From the IMG/VR virus record IMGVR_UViG_3300023196_001660: a stretch of 64,000 nucleotides of DNA; one strand, written 5' to 3'. The DNA comes from an uncultured virus (IMG/VR IMGVR_UViG_3300023196_001660). Lineage: Duplodnaviria > Heunggongvirae > Uroviricota > Caudoviricetes > Crassvirales. Position 1 is the stretch's first letter. Each line of letters starts with the position of its first letter. The position numbers and the translations under genes are program-made. The notes below the pieces were generated by a model. The model was not told the origin of the DNA, did no database searches, and saw only the letters and a program-made list of their open reading frames with translations. This document shows positions 51,101 to 63,100 of the stretch, in pieces.

Positions 51101-54100
51101 ATATTTGTTCTCTAATACTACAAGAGTAGTTTCATGTCTATCTGCGTCACTTGCTATTTCATCAAATCTTTTAACTAAAGTTTTAGATTGTAAATCATCA
51201 TCATTAAATAGATTANNNNNNNNNNCTTTAGCTGTTTTCCAAAAATGAATAACTTTTCTAATATATAAAGTATCTTCTAAAGTAACTTTACGTTTAAGCA
51301 TTTCAGCAATTTCTTGCATATCTTGTTCACCTTTTACAGCAATATCAGCTAAACGTTGTAATTCCATAACGGATAAAATAGATTCGTCTTGTTCTCCCTC
51401 TTTATTTAGTCCATCACGTCTTTGTATAAGTTCTTCTAATACATCTTTAAGTTCTTCAACCTTTTTAAAATCTTTACGACTTTCGGCTTTTTCTATATTA
51501 CGTTCTAAAAATTGTATACGATTATTAACAGATTTAAGTATAGCTAATGCTTTATTAGTTTCTTGAGCAGGATTAAAATCATCTTGTAAATCATTTAAAT
51601 CTTGTCTTAAACTATCTATTACATTTTGATTAGAATATTCTGCAATATAAGCATTTTTACCTGTAAGAAGGATATCTATTATTATATCTCTTATCTCACT
51701 TTCATCTGTTATACCTTCTTCACTAAAATTATTTTCCCAAATTTCATGTGCTGCTTGTTGGACACTTTTTCCATTTTTACTTAATAAAGTAGGATTAATA
51801 TCTTGTTTAGTTCCTGTATTTACACCTGTTTCTTTTTTAGCTGAATCAGGAAGTATTTTAGGAAGTAAATTAGCAATAATAATATTAGGACTAGTTTCCA
51901 TTAAAAGTTTTTGTTCTTCTAATGCTTGTTGTATTTCATTTTCAATAGATACTCCTTCTAATTTCTTATTTTCTCTAATAAGTTCTTTACGTTTATTTTC
52001 TGCAACATTCTTTTTATATTCAGCAGTTTCAGTATAACCTTTAGGAAGTATAGGTTGATTAAATAAATCAATACTTTTATTTTTCTTAATATTTAATTTT
52101 CCTGTATCATACCATTCTTTACTAAAAATAACATTAGAAGGAATATTTCCTGCTTTATTAAACATATCAATCATTTCAGTTCCAGAGTATCCATTTAAAG
52201 TAACTTCAGTTAATTTGTTTCTATAAGCTATTTTAAAATCTTTTTCCATATGATTAGCTAATATATAAAGTTTTTTAATACTTCTTATAATAGTTTCTTT
52301 AGGTATAGAACGTAATCCTTTATTTTTAGTTATTCTTAAATCTTTAGTAGGTAACGCATATGCATTTCCTTGTAGTCCTTCTCCTTTACCATATATAGCT
52401 CCAAATTGAGTTTTAGCTATTAAAGCAGCTCCTTTACCATGTCTTCCCTCAGGATTACTACCAAATACAAAAATTGTATCTTTTTCAGGAACTATACTAC
52501 CTGTGTAATACATTGCATTATCTATTACTGTAGCTTGTAAATTAGTTACATTATCTTTTACCCAATTTACTACTTCTTGTGGATTATCTATTACTTTATT
52601 AGTACCATCTTCATTTTTTAATTTAAATAGTTCTTCTACAAATTCAGGAGTTCTAATTACTTTAGTCTTTTTTTGTATCTCCCCTTTAACAACAGAACTT
52701 GGAGCTGGTTGCTTAATTAAACTAATAATATCTTTGGTAGCATATTCTAAAGCACTTCCTTTCTTAATATCAATTCCTATAGAAGCAAGTAAATCTACAA
52801 TAGTATCCCATAATTTATCTAACATAGATTTACCTTTAATATCACTAGGAGTATTATTAAGTATTTCTTGTAGTTTTTGAGATTTAAATAACCTACCTAC
52901 AAATTCAACATCACTAAGTACAGGATATATTAATTCTTTTTCTTCTATATTAAGTGGTTTCTGTTCATTTATTTTCTTTTGGGTTCTAGCAAATTTAATA
53001 TCAGCACCTTCTCCAATATAACTTCTAACAGCTTGTTCAGCTTGTACTCTTATTCCTTTTAATCTAGCAACTTCACCAGTAGCATTACTATTTAATGCTT
53101 CTTTAGTATAAGCATGTATAATTTCTTCAAGTATAGTCTTTTCAAAAGCTTGTATATCTGCATTAAGATTAGGGTTTACTTTTATCGTTTTATCTCTATT
53201 ATTGTGGCTTCCTTGTACCTTTAGATTGCTATCTACAATAAAAGCATAATCTTTTAACTTATCTAAATTATTGTGTAACTCCTGTGCTAAAAATGAATGA
53301 TATTTATTATCACTATTATTAATTATCTTATTAAGTATATAACTAAATTTACCTAAAGAAGTATCATTACTTTTTAAATCATAATAATCACTAATAGTAG
53401 CATTAAATGGGTCAGCTATAATTTCAGCATCTTCACTAGTTTCTTTAGGTATATCTAATGCAGCATCTATTTCTTCTATGCTTTCAGGAAGTGTTATTTT
53501 TGTTACTTCTGGTACTTGGTTATAAGGTATAATAGTTTTACCAAAATAACTATTAGCATCATATTCAAAAATATCTTTATATCCTAAAGTATCTACTTGT
53601 TCCCATTGTTTAGATACAACATTTCTACTATATAGTTTATATCCTGAAACTGTTTTATCATTTGGAATACTAAACAAATTAGGTAAATTAGTAACTTCTT
53701 TTTTAGTTTGTCTTATTATAGTACCATTATTATAGAAACCAAAGTTTTTAGTAAGATTTTCAGTATTCTTTAACTCAACTTCTTGAGGATTATGTTGAAT
53801 AAATTGTACTCTATAAGCTCTAGTATTAAATTGGTCTTCATCTAGAAGATTCATAGTATCTATACTATTATAATATCCAATAGCTTTTAGGTAATTAATA
53901 GGTACATACTTTATAAACTGTTTAGCTTTCTGTACTCCACCAGCAAGTAATTGATGTGTTATCAAATCTTGCATAACTTTCTTAGGAGTATATTGTATTC
54001 CATTAAATTCTCCTAACTGTGTTGTATCATCAGTAAGCATTTGAGATACAGCAGCATAGATAGAACGTTCATTAATATTTTCAGCAGTAGCAGCATTATA

Positions 54101-57100
54101 CTCTACTGTACTAGGAAGTAAAACTTTTTTACTAACAATTTTAAGTCTATTAATGAAACTATTTCTTAATTTATTATTTTGTCTTAAATCGTTTACAATA
54201 GTAGATATGGATTTATTAGTATCACTATCTACAAATAATCTTTGTCTTTCAGATACTACATTACCATCAGTATAAGTATTAGGAAATTTAGTAGCTAAGA
54301 AACTTTTAATACCACTAAAAACTGTTCTATTAATATCAGCTTGTTCTTGTATACTTTCTCCTCTATTTCCAGTAACATTTTTAATAGAATCTGTAACATC
54401 TTTTATACTACTTAAATTATAAGGAAAGAAACCTTCTTGTCCCCATATACGATTATTAAGAAGTAAAGCATAAACACTTGCAAACCCATTAATAGTAGTA
54501 GGTTTTATAAATTGTATAGTATCTTTAATATCTCCTTTTATAGTTATAGTTTTAACAGGGATATAACCTGCTTCTTTTACCTCATCTAATATTTCTCTTT
54601 TTCGTTCTTTAGATAGTTTACCATTATACCATTCCTTTCTTATACTACCTAATTCTGTTTTAGAAGATACCTCATTATCAGGAATAATATCTCCTTGTCC
54701 GTCTACTAATGTAAAATAATCTCCTATAAGATTACTAGCATTAGCTATATAAGCATTAAAACCTAAATCTAAAATTTGTGTTTCCTTAGCACTTGAATAA
54801 AATAAATCTTTACCTAATCCAGCACTATCTGAATTAATAGAAGATTGCACTAATTGAAGTCTTTTACCATATTTAGAAAGTTCTACAAATCTATTAAGAA
54901 GAGCATGTTGTACATCAGAATTTATAAGTCCATCTGTTCCACTAAAAGGAGTATCTAAACTATGAGTTTGAATATCTTTTAACATATCTTCTTTAGATGG
55001 ACTTCCAAATACACTCATAAATACATTAGGAGGCATTAATAAAGCTTCATCTGTTAAAGGAAACATATTACCTAAATCTCCTTCTATTTGTTCTACTTTA
55101 TAACTAGTAGCTGTATCTTCTGCTTTAATTTTTAATCTAATATATTCTCTAATAATAGGTTGATTCATAAAGTAAAATATAACATCTTCTTCAAACCCAC
55201 TAAAAGCTAAAGTTCGTATTGCATCAAAAGTATGCTTATTTATATTAAGCTTATGCATACCTTGTTCATTCTCATTATCTACAGATAAAGCTTGTAAAGC
55301 TACTACAATATCAAATTTAGTACGAGAGTTATTTCTATCATTAGTTTCTAATACAGATAAATCATTACTATGTTGCCCACCTAATGCAAATCCATAAGGA
55401 ACAACACCTCCTTTAACAGGTTTAGTAAGATATATATCTTTATCTTGCATAGAAGCTAAAAATGTATCATCAGTGCTAAATACACCTACACCACTTTTAG
55501 CAGCTCTGGCATTTCTATATTTATATGTTTGGTATTCTTCTGAAGCTCCTATACCCTTTACAATTTTATCTATACTAGGATATATTGTATCAATAACTTC
55601 AAATAACTTACCAAAACTAAGAGGTTCCATAATTAGAGCTTGTACTTTCTCATCAGTACTTCCAAGTATAGAAAAATGTAAATCTAAAATATCATCTTGA
55701 AGTTGTTTACTTCTATCTTCTCCTTTAAATTTAAAAAGTTTTCCGTCTTTAAATGTAGTATTATAACTATTAGTAAATAATTTATCTATATCAAAATCAC
55801 TTCCCATTTGTATAGTAAAATCAGGTGGAGCAATAAGTAAATCACCACTTCGCTTAGGTAAGAAACCTACTATTTTAACATAAGTCATAGAATTTAACAA
55901 ATGTGTTGGAATACGAAATCCAAATAGTTCTAAAAGTCTAGGTGGTAATTTAGTAATATCTATTAAACCGTTATCAGTTGTAAAATCTTCTATATTAAGA
56001 GAATTTCCATCATCGTCTTTAAATCTAAAGGGTGCTAATACTTCAGCAGGTTTAGTTACAGCAGTAGCTTCATCAAATCCTTCTTCTCCTCTCAATTTAC
56101 CTGTTGCATCTTCAACTCTCATAGGAAGTAACTTCTTATCTCCTCTACTATACCACTCTTTATCATAAATAATATCTCTATTATTTTGCATAAATTGAGT
56201 AGCTTTACCTGCAGTCTCGATTAAATCAAATCCTTTAGAAGTTCCTAATATAAAAGATTTACCTTTAGGCTTAATCTTTCTAACTCTATTATCTATAATA
56301 GAATTTAACATAGCTTCAAATTTACCACTTACACCAGTAAGCCATAAAGGTACTGTAAACTTATCTTTACTAAGTTTTAAGGCTTCTAAATCATATAAAG
56401 GGTATTTACGAGATAACGCTTCATTAATAAGAATTTTTTGAAGTTTTTCCATATTAAGAGTTCCCTCTTCAACATCATATCCTAACTCATCAATTAACTT
56501 CTCATATTGTATTTTAAATAATTCATTATATTTTCTATCTAATTCATCTTGTATTCTTTGACCAGTAACTAATTCTGTTGAGGTTCTCTTTAATTTAAAA
56601 GATTTTAAAGCTCTAACAGGAGCAGTTAATAGTTTTCTTTGTTGAGTACCGTCATTAATATAATCTACATCATCTTTATAAGGCATTTCTTGTTGTATTT
56701 TAAAGCCTTCTCTTGGTACACCAACTATCTTATCTATCTTACCTTTTTCTAGCATACCTTTTGGGTATCTAGTTCCTCCAATTTTAACAGCACTTTCAAA
56801 AGCAACTCTATCTATTTTCTCTTTCAGCATTTGCTTTCGTAATTTATCTAATTCTAATCCTTTAGTAAGTTGCTTAAATAAAGGAAAAGCAGAAGATTTA
56901 ACATAAAATCTATGTTCTAAACCATCTTTCCATATATTATTTACATAGACAGGTTTCATAGGTTGTAAAATAACTTTTAATTCTTCTTCTGTTATCTCAA
57001 TTTCATTGTCATCTTTGAAAAGTATTTCTTTGGCTTCTGCTTCACTAATAGTACCCTTTAAAGTAAGAATATGGAGGTGTTCCTTTAAGGTAGTAAATTC

Positions 57101-60100
57101 TTGAGCATCAGTACTATTAACTTTCATATACTTGCTTGCCTTATTACCTAAAAGACCTTTATAGTAATCCATTAGATATGCAGGTGCAACTGTATCAGCT
57201 ATAATACCATAAGTAAGAGTTTCATTAGGACTATTAGGTATATCAGTACCAGGAGCACTATCAGCTCCAAGACGTTTGCCCATATTATCAAATAAATCTT
57301 CATGCTCTTGTAACCAATCTTCTTTAGTATAATATTGTAAAGTTTCTTTTCGACTAGTAGGGTAATCTAATAAAGTATGTGTACCATCTTCTACTAACCT
57401 ATCTACTACTTTTTCCCAATGTTTAGATTTCCAATAAAATGCAGGGTCAGTTGTAAAAGTTTGAAAGATATTTACATTAGCTACTAAATAATTTAATACA
57501 AAATTAGTAGCATTATGAAATGCAGAAATTTCATCGTTTGAATCTGTATGATATTTTAAAGTTTCTGTAGTAACATCTACTAATGTATTAGTATTATGGT
57601 CTAATATAGTAGCAGTCTCACTTTTAATAAAACCGTATTCTTTCCATGTAGCTAATTTACTATTAACAAGGTTAAACAAAAATATACGTAATTCTTCTTT
57701 AATAGCTTCTCTTAAAACACCTTGTTCAGATACATTAGATTTAAGTTTTCTAACACTTCCGTCTTGTTCCCAAATACTAGTTAAACTATTTAAAGAAGGA
57801 ATAATATTAAACATAGTTCCACCTTCTTCATAAGCTTTAATATCCCATGCTTCAGGAGTATCTTGAATAGATAATATCCTATTTATATCAGGTGTTACTA
57901 AAGCATCATATAGCCATTCTAAACTATTATTTCCCATTTTACCTGTAGAACTAATTCTACCATTCCAATCATGTCCTATTGTAGTAAGTCCATAAGATAC
58001 GCTTTTATCAGAAGTAGTAGGATATAATAAATTAAGTATATTATTATTTCCTCTTTTATTTTTACTATAAAATAAAGCTATTTTAACTTCTTCTATTTCA
58101 GCAGGTGACATATGTTCTAATTTCTTACCTTTAGCACCTTCTTTACTTCTACCATCAAAAGTATAATATCCAAAATGTTTTCTAAATTTCTTATTTTCTC
58201 TAAATTGCTTAACAAAATGAGAAGTCTTACTAAATGGTTGTTTTGCTAGTTTATCTAGTAAAACAGTATCAGTATGTAATCTTCTAACTCTATCCGTTAA
58301 AAACTTATTTGGACTATAGCCATAATATGTTCTTCCTCTAACATCTTTAAAAGAATTAGTAAAATATACAGGATGTTGTTTACCTATTTGTCTTGCAAAT
58401 TTACCTAAAGCACTATTATTTGCTAAAGGGTTATTATCATCTACATTTAAACCTTTAATCTTATTAAGATTATCCATATATAATCCAATAGCACCATCGC
58501 TTTTACCAGAAAGCAAATTAAGTAGATTATATCTATTATTATTATATACAACACCTTCATTAATTAGAGTGGTTATAAGTTTTCTAGGAAATTTAAAACC
58601 CATTCTATCTAATAAAGCTGTAGCTTTATCTATTTTAATAGTACCATCTATACCTTTTTGTTTTAATGTGGCTATAACATCTTTATAATCTCTATTAATA
58701 GCTTCTACTTCTCTTTCATTTATAATGTAATTTTCATCAACAACAGATACTAAGTTACTATCATAAATATTACTTAACCATTGATTTTGGATAATTCCTA
58801 CAACATCATTTGAATCACTAGGTACAATAAATAGTCCACCTTTTTTATTCTTAAATATATACATATGATGTGTATAACTTTTACTCATAGCACTTACAAA
58901 CTTATTTTTCATAGTTTGTGGAGCATTATTAAGCTCTTTAAGTACATTATGTAAGTAAGGTTTTGTTTCCACCCATTCCTCTAATGTAGTAATCATACTA
59001 TCAAAAGTAGGTATTGTAATATTTCTATTATCTTCTTTGTAATTACTATAAGCAAGTATAGCACTTAATTCATTCATTACTTGGTCAAATGGAATTGTAA
59101 CAGGTAATGCCCAACTCATTTTAGGAATTGCTACACCTTCTTTAGTAATAGATTTTACATCTTCTATGTAACTAAATTGATTTTTAATATCTTGACTTAA
59201 TTGTCTTTTAAAATCTACTCTAAAAGCTCTATCACTTGCATAAATATTATATTCAACTAGTTCTCCTTTATCATTAATAAGTTCTTCAAAATCATCATAT
59301 CCTATTTCATCGTTATCTAATTGAGTTTTAATTTCTTCAAATACTTTTCCATCTTTTACTATACCATGATGTTGATGTAGGTTATCTAATACTAATTTAA
59401 CTATTTTCTTATATTCTCTTTTAACATTATTAGCAATTTCTAAATTCTTAGTTGCTCTTTTTCTTTTTTCTTCAGTTAAGTCAGTTTTTAGTCCTTCTTC
59501 TATTTTATTAATACGTTGTCTAATTTCTACATTAGCAAACTCATCTAGTACTGTTAAAGCATCATCATTACTTTTGTCTTTATATAAAGCTTTTAATACC
59601 TTAGAAGTTAAGTGATTAATTATAATATCTTGTAAATTCATACTTACACCTTTAACAAAAAGACTTTCAGGAATAGTACCTTCAAATTCATCTTGTTCTT
59701 CTTGTGTAAGTTCTCTAGGATTATAATCATCACCATAATCAGATAAACTAAGAAGTCCTTTTAATTGACGTGTAGTTAAATCAGATAAAGCTTCTACTTT
59801 ATTAAAACCATCTTTTTTACCACCACTTATATAAGGTCTTAATTTACCACTTGCATCTACAAAGAAACTATATACTTCAGTATAATTTTGTTCAATAGTA
59901 TAAACATTAAACTGATTTCCATCCCAACCTATAGTAAATAAATCACCTACATCTAAACCACCATACTCTTCTTGAATTTCTTCGGGTAATACTTCCATAG
60001 GAGTATTAATTGCAAATACTTTACCTACTGCATCATTTAAAGAAATTTCTTGTGCAGGATTATAATCAGTATCATCATCAACATCTTCAAATATATCAAA

Positions 60101-63100
60101 TTCACCAGTTTCTTCTTCAGCATCTATAACTTCTATAGTACGTATATCAGGAACATCTGTAGTTTCATCAGCTACTTTAGGTGCAAAGGCAAAAGCTGTA
60201 CCATATTCAAAATTAGGTTGTACTGTGTATATCTCCTTATCATTATCTAGGGTATAAGAATATAAATCAGTAGTTGTATGTTCTTTAACAAACTTATCAT
60301 AAGGCATTTCAGTTGTAGTAACATCGTTAGCAGTTATAATAGGTAGTTGAAAAGAACTATCAAAAGATTCTTTTTTAAAGTTTAAGTATGTATTATTATT
60401 AAGTACGTTTTCTAGTTTAGCAAGATATCCATCTATAGTAGCTCTTCTTTTACTAGCTCTCTCAGTATCATTTAATCCTTCTTTCTTTCCTATATTATTT
60501 ATAATATTTCTATTAATAAATCTTATAGTATCTCCTACATTAGCACCTCTACCAAATTCTAAACTATTACTTTTAGGGTCACTAGATGCAGTTATTAATC
60601 TAATGACAGATACATCTTCTCTTACATTATTTTCAACATAATTACTAAATTTATCAAACATAAAAGAAGCCTTATCTAATTTAGGACTTAAAAATATAAA
60701 TTTTTCTAAATATGTTTGTAAACCATTTAAAGTAGTTATATCTATATTAGTTTGTTCTCTTAATTTAATAGCTCTACTCGCATTAGGATTAGCATTTAAA
60801 TATAAACGTACTGCTTCTAATATAGATTTAATATATTGAGGATGTTTATTTAATAAATCCCGTCTAACAGGTACACCAAATTTAGCATCTTTATTTACAT
60901 CCATTACAGCATACATCATTCCATTATATACTGTATCATTTTGGGTTTCTATTGTGTTACTTTCTCCTGTAAACATAGCATCATCTTTTCCAATAGCCAT
61001 TGTAACATTTGGAAGATTTTTTAATACTGTATCATATACAGCATTAACATCACGCATAAAATGCCCATTAGTCCTATTCTTAATAGTAGTGGTTACTCCA
61101 TTAGGAGACTCTATAATAGCTTTTCTTATTACACGAAGATTTTTTTGTTGTCTATCTACATCTTTAAAGTTAGCAATAGTATTTTCACTTATCCATTCAG
61201 GTACATGAAGATAATGTCCTTTAAGTATTTCCCCGTTAAAAAGAACACCAATCGGTGCAGTTTCTACAGGATTATTTTTAGTAGTAACTCCATTACTTTC
61301 TACACTACCATCTGCATACGATATAGAACCATCATCATGAACAACTTTAGGAAGTACTACTAAAGTAATTGCATCTCCTTTATTAAATCTATCATAATCT
61401 AATGCTATATGAGAAGCATTATCATTAAGTTCTTTATCTAAGTCTGTTTTAGAAGTTACAAAATCTAATACATTAAATCTTTCAGTAGTTTGTACCGTAA
61501 CTAATTCAACATATTTTTTATCTAAATGAGCAAGATTAATATCTCCTCTTTTAATTTTTACATCACCATTAATTGCACTATCTCCTTTATATACAACAAA
61601 ACCTTGTTGTTCTATACTTTCTCGTACAGTTTTATCTTCTTTTTGGCTAAAATTTATATCACTCATAGAGTAAATTTCATTGAAAGCCTTAGTTGCATCA
61701 ATGCTTACTCTATTTGAGATAATACTTCTTTTAGTAGCATCGTCAAAAAATATGTCCTCATAAGTTAAATTAGTAGGTTGTCCTACTTTGGTAAGATTAT
61801 AAAGAGCTTTTACTTCATCAAATATTCTAATAAATTTAGCCTTACCTACAGCCTTTTGTATAAATTCAGCAACAGTAGGAAAATCTGTAATATCTAAACC
61901 AGCATCTTTCATAGAGTTTAGACCTATTTGTACTAATCTCTTACGCTTAATTAAAGCCTCTTCTTCTTCACTAAGTCCTCCCTCATCTTCTTCAGCAGGA
62001 TTTAAATCTTCAAATGCATTTTTTATGTCATCTTCTGCTTTTTGAGTAGCTTGGTCATTAGTTTCTTCAGTAGCCTGTTCTTGTTTTTGTTGAACTTTAA
62101 GATGTCTTATAGCATTTTGATATTGTACTAACATACCTGCATTACTTGGACTATCAGGTAAAGCTTTAGTTGCTTCAATACTTGCTTCAAATCCTTTTAT
62201 TTTATTTTCTACGGTATTAGCACTATTAATAAATGCAGTAGCCTGTTCTTGTTGTTGCTTATCAGCAAAATTAAATGCAAAGCCTACAGTATCTTCTATA
62301 GTTTCTACTTCTTCTACTTCTGCTACTTCTTCTTCTGTTTCAGCTTCTTCTACTTCTTCAGCAATCGTATCTTCTTCAAACTTTTTAGCAGTTTGTTTAG
62401 CTTTAGTAGCTTTTTTAGTTTGTTTAGCTTGTACTCTAGCTTCAGCTTGTTCTTCTTTTCTACGTTTCTTTTGTTCTTTTATTACATTACTAATTCTATC
62501 TTGTTCTTCATCTGAAGTTAGTTTAGTATGTCGTTCAGCAAGACGTTTAATATTATTAACTACATTAGTTACTTTATCTTTAGTATCTTTATATTCTTTT
62601 AAACTTTGTAAGTTATTAACAGATGCTTTTTTAGTTGCACCATACTTATTCCAATTATTAAAAGAAATTCCACCAGTTTCACTAAAAGTAATTACATCTT
62701 CTTTAATGCCTAAATCAGCTAAATCCTGTATTACTTCATCACGTTCAGTTTGTAGTGTACGTTCTAATTGAGCTTTAGTATCTCTTAATCCTAAATTTTT
62801 AGCTCTATTATCATATACTTCATTGAAGTTTAAATATGTGTTAGCTTTAAGATATTCAGTTTCTAAATTTTCTATACGTTTAATAGCTTTATCGGAATCT
62901 TGCTTATATGTTTTCTTATCTAAACCTCTTTGTTCGGCAACATCAGGGTCTAATTCTTTAATACCTTTAAAGACATTTACATACTGTTCAGTAGTACCAT
63001 TAACGAAAGAATCATAAGCTTGAACACTTACTAACCTATCGCTTAACTCTTGTACTCGGGCAAAATCTCCTTTATTTCCAGCATCTTCTAATTCTTTATA

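Noticed and set aside
7412..63017. Many short antisense or alternate-frame ORFs in the track (e.g. 7504-7770, 14670-15005, 15310-15726, 21536-21985, 44183-44560, 61061-61363)
   Set aside because: They lie within well-supported genes and have the F/I/S/L-rich composition typical of shadow ORFs in AT-rich DNA.
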